Part shown: piece after piece, positions 25,590 through 39,040 of the stretch | How positions within the stretch are numbered: position 1 is the first letter of the stretch | Layout of the letters: each line of letters begins with the position of its first letter | NCBI GenBank assembly: GCA_951406725.2 | Contig: OX597815.1 | Coordinates: 93,620,001-93,684,000, forward strand | Source of the DNA: Octopus vulgaris | Lineage: Eukaryota | Length of the DNA stretch: 64,000 nt | Direction of reading: 5' to 3' | Position numbers and translations under genes: made by a program | Notes under the pieces: generated by a model | Database searches by the model: none | What the model was told of the DNA's origin: nothing | What the model saw: the letters and a program-made list of their open reading frames with translations, nothing else

Positions 25590-27349
25590 TGGTTTGGTGG
25601 GGTAGGGTGTGAAAAAAGTTTATTGTTACATGTGGGTGAAGCACATAGCACTTCTAGAACTCAGTTTCACTGAAGCAGGTGGGTCTTCTTAAGAACCTCA
25701 TATCACCAAATATCTTAGTCCATTGTCATCTTCTCCGTGAGGCCCAAAATCCTGAGATCGGTCCTCACCACTTCATCCTGTCTTCCTGGGTCTCTCTCTT
25801 TCAAAAATACCATCCACAATCAGTGTGCATGTACACATGCATAAGGTTATGTATACATAAATATATACACAAATACATACATACAAGGTCTGGTCAAAAA
25901 GTATCGGCACCCATCATCATCATCATCAACATTTAAAGTTTGTTTTCCAGAGTTGAATGGCTTGACAGGAAATGGGCAGGCCAGAGGTCACACTAGGTTC
26001 TGTGGTCTGTTTTGGCTTGGTTCCAACAGCTGGATGCCCTTCCTAATGGCAACCATGTTACAGAATATATTGGGTACTTTTTACATGGCAATATCACCAG
26101 TGCTTTTTACATGGCACCATTGCCAGCGCTTTTTATGTAGTACCATCACCAATGCTTTTTATGTAGCACCAGCAACCATACCAAAACTACGACACATATC
26201 TTATCAGAAACAACCAGCTGTCATTCATGAGTGAGTATGGTTCGGTGACATGTATCATGTTCTTGCTAATTGTTATGATGTGAGCAATCATAGACACCCT
26301 CCTAACCCAACCACCTTTGACCCAGCAGAACGTCCAAGATGTGACAGTCAGAGGGGTAAGAGTTGCACTTAACTGGTATTTATTACTGTTGAGTAAGGGC
26401 TAAAGTAACATGTAGTGAAGTGCCTTGCTCAATGACACAAGGTAGCATCCAGCCAGGAGTAGAAATCCCTGACCTTTTTATCATGAGCCAACCACTCATA
26501 ACCACTAGCCCATATACCTGAACCCATCAGAAATAATTAATTTGCTTTGCTGAACCTTGCAGACAACTTGTTAAGACTTACTCAAATTTTTAGCAAATGA
26601 AATTTAGGTCACATCTAATAATTAGAACCAGATTTTTACAGATTAAGCTGTTTTAGAAAAGGAGAAATTGTAGAAATTCCCTGATCTTTGAGCAGAAAAT
26701 TTCCCAGATTGCATTAAAAACTTTTACACATCTTGAGAAAGATGCAGGTTTTACATTATGGTGCAATATTATCACTTCTTGTTTCTTTGTTTTCTTTTCA
26801 AGATGCCAATGGTAACACAAAGTTGTTTTCAGACTAATAAAAACAAATAATTCTGGTGTAAATAACTTTCACAAGGACTTCAGGCAAATCTACAGTTTTC
26901 AATGAATCATTTCATTGGTTGATGTTTCAACAGTCAGTCGTTTCTGCCTGGAAAATATTTGACTTTTAATTAAAACAGTGGAATAGTCAAGCTTGTAACC
27001 TATATTGTACCCCATATATTCAGAACTGCATACAAAATATAATTGCCTTTTCCAAATTCTACTCATACAAACATACACAAGCACACACTCACTCTTTCTT
27101 TCTCTCTGTCCTTTTACTCCCTCCTCAAGCACCTCTTGCTTTGTCTCTTCCAACTTCTCTCTATCCCTCCCCTTCTTCCTCCTTTCTCCCTCTTTCTTCT
27201 CCTCTATTTTCTCCCTTCATCTCCCCCTCCCCTTCTCTCCCTATTTCTCTCTCTGTCTCTTTCTGTTGCATGCCTGTTGAAATGCATTTATTTGAACCAT
27301 CCCAAACCTCCTGTATACTTCCTTGTTTCAAAGGTAAACACTTGCTATG

Positions 27350-28060
27350 CAAACTAAATTAATATTACTGCGTGTAGAGTAGATTTTGCAGTTGTATTAA
27401 ACTGAGGTAAATATAATTACATATTTAATGTGTTACACAATACTAAATACTTTTATAATTATTTCATTAAACTACAGCAAATAGGATTATATTTGCTCTG
27501 TTAGTAAACTGTATTAAACATGTGCTATTGTGTTAAACTATAGCAAATATATATTTGGTGTTGAATTACAGTAAATATCTTTGCCTTCTTCAGCTACAGT
27601 AAATATATAATTAATGTGATAATATGCATTAAACCTAATTGTATTGTTGTTGTAAACTGCAGCACATATAACTATATTTAGTATGGTGAACTGCAGTAAA
27701 TGTAATTATTGTGGTACACTATCAAGATGATTGTTTTTTTTTCTATGTTGAGCTACAAGAAATATAATTACATTTATAGTGTTAAGCTACACTAAATGTT
27801 AGTTTCAAATTTTAGCAAAAAGGCCAGCAATTTTTGAGATGGGGTTAGTCAATTACATTCACCCCAGTGCTCAACTGGTACTTATTTTATCACTCCTAAA
27901 AGAATGAAAGGCAAAGTTGACCTCAGCAGAATTTGAACGTAAAGACAGATAAAATACCACTAAACATTTTGCTCAGTGTGCAAATGATTCAGCCAAATTG
28001 CTGCCTTAACTATACTAAATATTACTGAACTTGCTACAGTAAATACTATATATTATATGA
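27350..28060. repeat. Degenerate ~30-35-bp minisatellite (core AACTACAGTAAATATA)
   Basis: The core recurs many times; the tract is interrupted by a SINE at 27805-28010 and resumes at 30170-30470. Confidence 0.65.
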
Positions 28061-28149
28061 AAAAATGAATAGAAATGGCTTTTCTGATAATTTATTACTT
28101 TAATAATTAAATGTTTATTGTACCATGGATTTTCTATTTCTTATTCTAT

Positions 28150-28231
<82 letters not shown>

Positions 28232-28361
28232 GTTTGACGTCTGCTTTCCTTGCTAGCATGGGTTGGACGATATGACTGAGGACTAGCAAACCAGATGGCT
28301 GCTCCACACTCCAATCTGATCTGGCAGAGTTTCTACAGCTGGATGCCCCTCCTAACATCAA

Positions 28362-28406
<45 letters not shown>

Positions 28407-28412
28407 TATATA

Positions 28413-28501
<89 letters not shown>

Positions 28502-28602
28502 TATATTCAAAAAAATGAATAGAAATGGGTTTTCTGATAACTTTTCCACTTTATTAATTGGATGTTTATACATACATATATATATACATTCACACACACA
28601 CA

Positions 28603-28809
28603 CAGGGTGACCACAAAACACTCACTAATTTTATGATGCTATGATTACTAAAGTAATTCCAATGTCAATAAATATAGTGTCCACAGATTCCCTAACAACA
28701 AAATTTTCTTTTATTTTTAGGTGACTTACCATCTTTGACATGAATGCAAGGAAATTCAAGATGGCTGCTCCACAGCAACACAGCTGCGAGTGCTTTTGTG
28801 GACACACTG
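28603..28809. mobile_element. Tc1/mariner-type MITE
   Basis: CAGGGTGACCACAAAACACTC ... GAGTGCTTTTGTGGACACACTG|TA inverted termini. Confidence 0.7.
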
Positions 28810-28842
28810 TATGTATGTATATGTATATATATATATGCATAC

Positions 28843-28907
<65 letters not shown>

Positions 28908-28930
28908 AATCTAGAACAATGAGAATGAGT

Positions 28931-29032
28931 GCTTGTAAATAGGAAGAAAGTCATAGATAATCAGGGAAGTACATTGATGATTAAATTTCAATTAAATATA
29001 ACATTTGATCACTTGTTTTCTTTATTCAAAAT
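28931..29032 (+). mobile_element. Mariner 3' fragment
   Basis: Near-identical to the reverse complement of ~19362-19465. Confidence 0.9.
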
Positions 29033-29034
29033 AG

Positions 29035-29272
29035 TGGATGAGAAAGACTCTTTATTTGTGTATTAAGGCTACCAACGGTTTCATGTTAAGAAAATATCTT
29101 AACAGTTCTTCAAGCCAATCACATAAAGAAATTGTAATTCATCTCCATTTTGAATTAAAACAAATGGAGACAAACAATTTCTCTATGTGATCAACTTGAA
29201 GAATTGTTAAGATATTTTTTAACATGAAACCATTGGCAGCCTTAATGCACAAATAAAGAATCTTTATCCATC
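29035..29272. mobile_element. Palindromic element with two inverted hammerhead-like cores
   Basis: ~110-bp arms with a short loop. Minus 29067-29116 reads GGC-TTGAAGA-AC-TGTTAAGA tattt TCTTAACA-T-GAAA-CC gtt GG-TA-GCC. Confidence 0.65.
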
Positions 29273-31954
29273 AATGTAGTGTTGAGAAGTCATTCTCATT
29301 GTTTAACATTTACATATCAATGCTTCTGGTGTTCCCAAATACCAGATAAGTACTAGACATGAACAAAGAATCAAAATAAACCATAGATTTATATATATAT
29401 CATCATCACCCTCATCATCTTTTAATGAACATTTTCCATGCTGGCATGGGTTACATATATGTGTGTATGTATGTATGTATGTATGTATGTATGTATGTAT
29501 GTATGTATGTATGTATGTATGTATGTATGTTCGTATGTACATACATACATATGTATATATGTATGTATGTTTGTATGTATTCATGTAGGTATGTATCTAT
29601 ATATGTAGGTATGTATGTATGTATGTTCGTATGTACGTACATACGTATGTATATATGTATGTATGTTTGTATGTATTCATGTATGTATGTATGTATGTAT
29701 GTATGTATGTATGTATGTATGTATGCATGCATGCATGTATATAGGTATGTATATGTATGTATACTACACCTTCGGAGTGGTTGGCATTAGGAAGAGCATC
29801 CAGCTGTAGAAACCTTGCCAAATCAGACTGGAGCCAGGTGCAACCTCCCGCCCTGCCAAATCTCAGTCAAACTGTCCAACCTATCACAACATGGAAAGCG
29901 CATGTTAAACAACGATGATGATGATGATGTGTGTGTTTTCTTGTCAACACAACATGTGATGATTGTAAATGAGCATCACTGTCATACAAGCAGTGATCAC
30001 TTCCAGTTTTCGAGGAAAAACACATCTGGCAATTTTACCCAGCTTAGAAACAAACAGGAAGGGCATCCAGCTATAGAAATTCTGATTCATTAAATTTTGT
30101 GGACATTAAACGACAATGATGTTGATGATGATGACGTTGATGATGATGATGATGATGATGAGGATGATACATTACTATAGCAAATATATTTACTATAGTA
30201 AATATAATTATATTTATTCAAATATATTATAATAAATATAAATACATTTATTCTCTTTGCCTGCAGTAACTGTAATAATATTTACTATGAAACTACTGTA
30301 ACTGTAATTATCTGTAGTCTTAAGCTACAATGAATATAATTATATTCATTATAATTCAACTCAGTTATATTTACTACAATAAATATAATTATGGTGTTTA
30401 ACTATAACAAATATATTATAATATTATTTTATACTTCAATAAATACATAACATAATTATACTGATTGCTTAAAGCTGAAGAAGACTAATTTAACATCAAG
30501 TTTCTCCATGTATTTTCTGCTAAAAATAATTGTTTTATAAAGCAACTATATTTCTCTCTGCACCTGGACATTTGAATTGTATAAGAAAGAATTATGGTGC
30601 TGTAGTGGGGGTAAAACACAGACAATGATACTCGAAGACCAGCAACAACCGAGCTGGTGTGATTCAGCAGGTGTCCAGTGTCAAGACTAAGTGCATATGA
30701 AATGAGAAAACAGCTGACAATAATAAATTGGTCAATTGGATGTTTCTTCCAAGGTAATGTTTTAGGGTCAGATGTCCTTCCTGTTGCCAAGCTTTTTAGT
30801 AATTTCTTAGAACATGCAAGTACAGAGGATACCTATTCCAAAAGATATAATACTAAATGTGTCATATAAAAAGGTGTAAGGAAACAAGATTGAAATGACC
30901 CTCATTGGAGAATATTTGCTAACAGATAGCAGTGAGAAGGGCAGAGAAACAACAGCAGAATATATATTTTAAAAAAATGTTTTTTGTTATGTATTGACCA
31001 TACAGGCAGAAGTTATTAACATGTGTAACGATTTATATGTAGCAAATAAATGAGAGGAAGAAAATATTAGTCGATAAAGCCTTTTCTTTTATCATTGCAA
31101 TTTAAGATACAACTGCTTTGGGTTGCTGTATACAGATTATTTGCAGTGTTGTTATTCATTCTGTAGGTAATTACATCCATCTTTTGTTGACTGCCAGGAG
31201 AATGGATGGAAGAAGAGTAAAAGAATTTGGACAAATAGAGTGGCTGAAAGTTATGTAGTCCCTCATGTGAGGTGCTGCTTCCATTGGCACCAAACAAAAG
31301 GAGCAAGAACTGAATTTGAATTCTATATTTATATTTTCTCCAAACTAAATTAGGAGAGGCTATGACTTAAGTTTGACTTGAATTGGTCAGTTAAAGAATA
31401 GAACTTATCTATGTGTGACAGTTGGCTCTCATAAATTTTTTAGCATAAATACTGAGAACAATAGGAAGGAACTCATAGAAAAATCTAGTCTAGGTTTCAC
31501 AACTTGGCAATGAAACTAGGAAGCTATTTGCTACATATCTACTAACCATGTGAAAGCAGATAAAGTAAAATTTTAGTGTTGCCTGAAAAGTGCAGGACTG
31601 AAAGCTGACAAAGATTTTAAACATAATTCGAGATCAAAACCTTCCCACTAGGAACTTCTAAAATTATTTAATGAAGTAGAATATATGGAGATTGTCATGA
31701 GCAACAATCACTTTGTTTCTAGCTGCTCAAAATGAGACAAAATAGAAAAAAGAGAATATGTGCACACACACATGCATGCACACATGCACGTGCAAAAATA
31801 TTTTGATAAACACAAATATATATTATTTGTCTCATAAGAATGTTTCACTATTGTGGCTACTTGCCACCTCTGCGTTGGATGTTCTAATGCAATTAGATGC
31901 TGAACCACAAGGGATTACCAAGATATACTGTACACACAAGACATACAATATGTA

Positions 31955-32029
<75 letters not shown>

Positions 32030-32032
32030 ATA

Positions 32033-32480
32033 AAAGTGGGACATAGTTGGAGCTTTTACTCACTGGAAATTATTCCAATCTTATGAAACATACTCACAGA
32101 AAAGAGGTAGTACATCATACACTACAAAAGGTATCAAGAGAATGACAAAGTGATTATACTGTGAAAGATACTGGTTCACACAGACAATCCAAATTATCTT
32201 AATCACTGAGCCTCAGGAAAATGAAGTCTGCTAATCAACATAGCAATTCCAACAATAAATCCACATAATATATGGAAAGACTATCCAACTACATAACTGC
32301 ATAAATCTAGAAATAGAGATATTCAAAATGAGGAGATAAAAAACAGGAACAACTTCAATTATAATAGGTGCCTTGGGAATGATAAAAAGTGATGTAAAGT
32401 GTTGCATACATATAACAAAGAGTACTTTCGTTATCAAAGATGTAAAAAAATAAATACTGTACATGCCCAAGGCATATAAT
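32033..32480 (+). mobile_element. Decayed RLE-type (R4/NeSL-like) non-LTR retrotransposon C-terminus
   Basis: Across frameshifts: HWKL..ENDKVIIL..VHTD..LLINIAIPT..NLEIEIFKM..IIIGALGMIK, matching the restriction-like endonuclease domain. Confidence 0.65.
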
Positions 32481-32914
32481 GTTGTGCAGTGAAAACATGC
32501 AATAAAAATAATACTTTTCTGTTTTCTATAGAGATGTACATATTTATAACAGAATTTTAAATATTAGTTTTATTACTATTGTATTTTGTAAAAGTGTTTC
32601 CATCTTCATTAGTAGACTTTGTTTCCAAAGGGCTGTGTAGGTTTTTGCATAAGAAAGATCACCATTGATAGAGATAATCAGAATACTTCCCAGTTTATTA
32701 ATGCAGGGACAACAAGTCATTGAGATTAGAATGTCAGACAAAATTTGTCTATATTTAGTTCTAACTTTCATGTTCTGAGTTCAAATTTCACCAGGGTCAA
32801 TGCTACCTTTGATTCTTCCAAGGTCCATAAAATATAGTAGCAGTCAAGTACTAGAGTCTCTGAAGACTATACTGGGTTTCTATCTTCATGTGAAAAATAG
32901 ACTACTGAGAGTAA

Positions 32915-33072
32915 CCATGGGCAGACTGCATCCTGAGCCACATGCAACCCATGAGACTTTCAGAATGGCATTCTAATGAAAAATTATCTTAAAATGTTTT
33001 AGTAGTACAGTCTACCTGATGATGAGTCATATCTCATGCAGCCTGTTTTTTGAAAAAGGTCACCTATGCTTG
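32915..33072. mobile_element. Decayed hAT-type MITE
   Basis: CATGGGCAGACTGC..GCCACATGCAACCC ... AGGTCACCTATGCTTG resembles Charlie-type termini; no TSD seen. Confidence 0.4.
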
Positions 33073-34050
33073 ATGGAGAGCATTCAATGCTTCATATAGT
33101 CTTCTTTTCATATGAAGATAGATGTTATTCTCACTGAGTGCTTGCCATCACTTGAGTTGAGCTGGTCAGTGAAGATAAATTTTGTTGGCTGCATGAATAA
33201 TAACTGAAGCAAACTTGGGAATATTTAACTGAATATTTATTGCTATTTACAATGAGCAACATTAATAATTGTTGACTGGGAGAGAGAAAAACTGTTCTGA
33301 AATTACAGAACTTTATCTGTATGACAACATGCAGCTGGTCCAAAAATATACAAAGCCATGGCACAAAGTTCATTGACTCTCTGCACACTAAGTTATGTAC
33401 CAAAGAGTTTTTATTGGGAACAAGAGGTTTTATTCTGGAACAATCAAGAAAACCATATCACACCACAACCTCCTGCTGAGTGGTCAACTTATATATTTGA
33501 GACTATGATGGTGTCTGATCAAATATCTAGAAGATAGGCTTCAAATCACTGCTACCTTACATAGTCATGTATGTAGATTACATAGTCATAAATAAAGAAT
33601 ATGGAGGATATATAAAATCTGAAGAGAAATGAGGTGAATATGACTTGTTGGATGAATATGACTTGCTGAATGTATAATCTGTGCAGAGATTGCAGAGGTT
33701 TCAGGGGTTCCTGAGATGACTGAATTCTCAACCTCAGGTTAAAAAGAATCATTTGTTTATAATGAATGCAGAATTCCCTACCTCTCACTACACAAATATG
33801 TAGATAACCAATTCTTAACCTAAACATAGCATACATATATGACTCCCTACTGGTAAACAGTGTTCAATCTCCAGCCAGCAACTTTTATGATCAATGTAAT
33901 TTTCATGTATAAACAAATGATGTCATAAGAAATCTAAAATGGACTTGGTTTTAAATGGGGGGGAAACACACAGCTTAAATCAGCCTAACCAAATAACAAA
34001 AATATCTAAGACATCATTTAATTGAGTCACAAACTATTCTTAGTTTATAA

Positions 34051-35194
34051 CACAGGCCAACAAAAATATGTTTCCTGTTTTCAAAAGATTTGGACCTGAA
34101 CGAGGGGTTTTTTGACACAGAATCTGAAAATGACATCTGTTTACTACCATCATGTCAAGATTTTAAGATGATAGATCCCTAGAATTTCACAGTCTTTTCA
34201 ATAAAACAGTTCATGAAGAACAAGATATAACATACAAACATACACAGAAATTGTTTTTTCTTCAAAAACCAGAATATTTTCTTAAATTTTTCCTGAAAAA
34301 TTAGTAAAAATCTTGAAATTTCTACAGACAAATCATATTATTGTTTATGCCTAATTTCCCATGAATTTGCATTTGGATGACTTTCTTGAATGCTAAACCT
34401 CAGAAAGATCACAGGCCAAGTTCCAGAAATAGTCTGCTGTCATATGCAAGTTCCCATCTGCCTTGATACTTTTGTTCCATTGATTTTATGTCCTGATGGA
34501 AATATTCTCCCTGCTCATCATTTGTGACACCAAGATTTTCAGGGAATTTATCAAGGTGATTGTGAAGATAGTGCAGCTTTATGCTCATATTTGCTCTCAA
34601 CTTTTGAAAGTTCTCCAGCCGCTTTCTTGATGCCCAAATGAATTCCATGTTGCTGCTTCAATGCAGTTCATTGAATTTACAAAGTTCCAATCTTACATCA
34701 ATATTTTTATTTGATGCTCATCAAATACTCCAGCTTCTATCTTTTTACTGCTCAGACTGAGAAATGTGCTGCAGATATAGTGAAAGTATGGTCCATTTTC
34801 ATCCAGAACTTTAACAAACTGCTTCATAATGCCAAGTTTGGTATGCATTGGAGGTAAGATGATTTTTCACAGTTGAACTAATTGCTCTTCGACATTACAA
34901 GATCCTGGAACTAATGTTTGCTGCAGCCATTCTTTGATCACCCAATGTTTTGCTTTCTGTTCTACATACCTAAATAGCAAGGTTATTTAGTGTATCCACT
35001 TTATAGCCCCCCTCCCAAGAGAAAACTGACCATCTTAAAGTTTACATATATCACCCACTGATGTTTGTGGGGTTGGTGTATCTTGAAATCTAGGCATGTC
35101 AGTAAAAAATGGATTCCATTTTTGGATTCAGCATATCAAAAAACCTTTAGATCAGGTGAAAATATCCTGACTATAAAATACCTGTTGGCTTGTG
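34051..35194 (-). mobile_element. Chapaev3-like DNA transposon, internally deleted
   Basis: TAA|CACAGGCCAACA ... TGTTGGCTTGTG|TAA (3-bp TWA TSD, CAC termini). Transposase motifs SGYTK*PC, LPPMHTKLGIMKQFVK and MSIKLHYLHNHLDKFPENLG..DEQGEYFHQDIK..YQGRW. Confidence 0.85.
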
Positions 35195-36214
35195 TAATTT
35201 AAAACATACTTGAGGCATGTTTTGAAAACATGATGCCAAAGTGGAAACTCAACTGAATATTTTTCGATTCACATATGACATTATAATTTTAAGAAATTTT
35301 GGAATGAAAGCAAAATAAGAAAAATGTATAAAATGTATAAAATCTGGTTAAAAGTTCTTAAATCATTCTCATTACAATCACAAGTTTGTGCATCTTTTAT
35401 ATAAGGCATGCATATTTTTGTCTTGGTTGAATTTATAAATCCCACCAAAGCTTTAAGTTGTGTGTCACAACTAGTTCAACACATTTTGTTACAGATGTGA
35501 ATCAATATTTTCTTATTCAACTTGTCAGGATGCAAAAATTTTAAAGTACCTCATAGCTTGTCAATTATTCAGTGAAAGCCTTGAGGAAACTGATAGTGAT
35601 TTCAATTCAATGAAAAAAAAAATGAAAAAAAGATGAAAAATTTCAGATGTTATATATGGTTGCTGTTGGTTGAAGGAAAATAAAGATTAGGTCAAAATAT
35701 TTGATATTTCAATGGCAGCTAGGGTAAGAAGGAGAAAAGGAAAGGAGAAAAAAATTAGGGAGCTGCTAACTCAGTTGCTAACAAAGACTCTCCTCAACTC
35801 TCAGTTGCTTTCTGTAAAAGACACACTGTATGATAAGGGGACTGTGGACACTACATTATACTGTGATTGAATGTAGAAGATTAACAGAGGCTGGGGAAAA
35901 AGTGAGAAGGAAGGAGGGACCCATTATGTTTAAAGGTAACCTGAAATATCTCCTTTACAGATATTGGGTAAAATAACAATCATGAGATTTAAAGTTAAGA
36001 TATTAATAAGAAAGCATCACTGGTTAGTGTAGAACTGTATAAAATCCTACTGAATTGAAGTTGAAGTTACATTATGTGTCTTTCTTTATTTTAGAATAGA
36101 TGGAAATTATAAGAGTCCTTGAATTTAAACTAAAGTAAGCATTTTTTTTAATTAGTATATACATGTGACCACTGACTCAATAAAATTATTCTAATATATA
36201 AATTAAAATACTGG

Positions 36215-36983
36215 CCACACACACTCAATGTATGTGCTTTGTTTGCCACTTTGCTGTGGTATAGTGTTTGGGGGATGACTTCTTCATAACACTGGGTGAT
36301 AAACACCTGAAAGTCATAGACTGGTGAAACAACTTGCCTCTGATCAAATTCAGAAGTGATAGATATTGATATTTCACCATTTTTGTGGCTTATCAACATC
36401 ATGTACCTGAATCAAACCAGGGATGGATTGAATCACTGGTCTATCACTATATATAAATAGTGGAAAAACTTTTTGCTGGTTTTACCATGGTGATGTGTGC
36501 ATAAGATTGGATTCAATAGCAAATTAAAAGCAGCATTAGTGTTGTAAACATTGAGTGCACATACTCAATGTATGTGTTTTGTTTGATCGCTGGTTTGCTG
36601 TGGTATAGCACTTGGTAGAACACCTTCGTTGTGGTATAACACCCTCATAGCACTGGGTGTTAGAACACCTAAAAGTCATATACAGTTGAAACAAGTTGCC
36701 TTTGATCAAATTTAGGAGTGATGGATACCGCTGTTTCACCATTTTTGTAGCTTATCAACATCATGCACTGGAATCAAATCACTAGTCTATGACTATATAT
36801 AAAAAGTGATAAAACTATTTGCTGGTATACCACAGTGATGCACACATAAGATTAAATTCAATAACAAATTAAAAGCAGCATTAGTGTTGCAAACATTATC
36901 AACTGCACATAATCAATGTACGTTTTGTTTGTTCGCTGGTTTGTTGTGATATAGCACTTGGGAGGTGAATCCTTCATAACACT
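36215..36983. repeat. ~345-bp tandem repeat, ~2.2 copies, each full unit with a TATA-like box
   Basis: ACTCAATGTA-type motif at 36223, 36563 and 36911; TATATATAAA at 36448 and 36794; ATTAAAAGCAGCATTAGTGTTG twice. Confidence 0.9.
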
Positions 36984-38257
36984 AAAATCAAATTCTTCTG
37001 CCAGGCAAGATTCTTCCTTTTGAACTCAAAAGTCCTCAGAGGTCAATGAGAAGGGCTTCCTAGTTGAAACACTGCGGCAAAAGTAGCAGTCAAGTGAGTT
37101 GAAAGAGTCGCAGGACATTAAATGTATCAATCAAAATACAGAGAAATAATTTACTTCTAGCTGCAGTACGGGACCAAGGAGGGGATATTCAAGTACCCCA
37201 CTTCTAACTACAATGAGGAGACTATGAAATATAGTTATAACAAACCACATATATATTAACCTGTAAGGTTCTCATGTCAAATATATTGATATATGACTCA
37301 TCAAGTCATATAACTTTATCTATGAGATTCCCAATCCATACACATTAACCTGTAGCTCCAGTACAGATGTTTATACCTAAGAATATTTAATGTTTTGTAC
37401 CATTTCAGTGTAAGTTTATCATCATAAATCCTTTAGTCTATCATTAAAAATCTCCAATATTTGTTACTGGACTCTCAATATACCATAGCACACCAGTTAT
37501 AAACTTATCCATTCAACCACCCAGAATTCATAGAAAATATTGTTTATTAAATAAGTAATTAAGAACTATTCAAACTTATTCATACAAGATACCATTAAAT
37601 TGTCCAAACAGTAGATGGGAAGTGATATCCATTGATCACCAAAATTGACAGAGAACACACCATTTCAAGAGATAAAGTTAATAAAATGAAAATAAAACCT
37701 ATTAACATTTACAAAGACTAGTAAACTTTAGGTATTTACAAATATTAACAATTTATACAAGACCATCTATAACCAAAGATCATGAAAAACATATTTAGTA
37801 ATAAGATCAGATATAATTTTTCCCCTGTTGGTTTATAATCAGGATTCTTGATACTGAGCCTATAAAGCCAGAAACATGAATATTGTTTCCTGATTATGTT
37901 TATTTTTCTATGAAGATTCCAAATCACATGAGTAGTTTTAATTTAATATATGACTCTAAATTATTTCTACATTTTCACTTAGATACCAGACTAATAATTA
38001 TTTCTTACAGGTCATTTGGGAATTTCTCAAATATTATGACTAAAACAAGCTGTGATGGCTGCCTAAACTAGAAAAAGATTGTTTTTCTTTTTGTAAAATG
38101 AGAAAATAAATGTTTTGTCTTGTAAAGGCTCTTCAATGTTAAAAAATGAAGTTTTGGATGTGTTTTTAGCTGACAAAAGTCTAAATACTATTCCAAGATA
38201 TGTATAATATACTCATGTTTATCTATACAGGCAATGTTTCCTTCTGATTATTATGTA

Positions 38258-38474
38258 CAAGGGAGTGCTGAAAAGTTCCTAGCTTAGGGTAAAAGAAAAT
38301 ATAGGAGGATCGGTTAATTATTATTTAATTCAATATATTCCCCTCTCAGATTCACACACTTATTGCAGCAGTTCTTCAGTTTTTCTAAGCCCTGCAAAAG
38401 AACTTGGAAGGTTGGGCCTCCAACCAGGCCTTTCACAATACTCTTAAAGCCAGGAACTTTTCAACAACCCCTTG
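38258..38474. mobile_element. Mariner-derived MITE
   Basis: TA|CAAGGGAGTGCTGAAAAGTTCCT ... AGGAACTTTTCAACAACCCCTTG|TA; the minus strand retains the mariner C-terminal codons GEYIE. Confidence 0.85.
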
Positions 38475-39000
38475 TATATTCTTAGGGACATTAGATGTTC
38501 ACCATAATTTCACACTGGAAAATCTCAGACACACACACACATACACACACAAATACATACATACATGACTACTTAGTTTATGTTCTCTATTTTCTAATGA
38601 AAGTAGCTTGTTTCCTCATTCTTTCTCTATTGGAAAGAAATTTCAAAAACATAAGCAGAATCATGTTCTACTGTTCTGGTTTAAACAGCTATGTAATTCC
38701 CAAACTCTAAAATGTGGTCATGACAAAGGAGTTCCTGACTGTATAGCAGTATTAGATGTCCCTAAAAACCTTGCAACTTATGTTTAGTGAGAAGACCAGT
38801 TTTTCGAAATAAATTATTGTACTCTGGTTTAAACTGCATAAGATCTGTTCCAAGAACTCTGACAACAATAGCTTCACAATCACATGGTTTGGGGTTGAGT
38901 TCCGTTGTGTGGCACCTTTGACAAGCATCTTCTACTTTTGCCTCAGGCCAACCAAAGCTTCGTGAGTGGATTTGGTAGACAGAAACTGAAAGAAGCTGTC

Positions 39001-39040
<40 letters not shown>

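Noticed and set aside
36300-36340. CTGAAAG...GAAAC in the 345-bp units, as a hammerhead
   Set aside because: The core does not fit CUGANGA, there is no UH triplet with stem I pairing, and the second unit reads CTAAAAG.
37040-37080. ATGAGAAGGGCT..AGTTGAAAC, as a degenerate hammerhead
   Set aside because: Too many core mismatches to support a call.
38010-38043. Plus-strand acceptor followed by VIWEFLKYYD*
   Set aside because: Isolated, with no upstream coding exons or recognisable homology.
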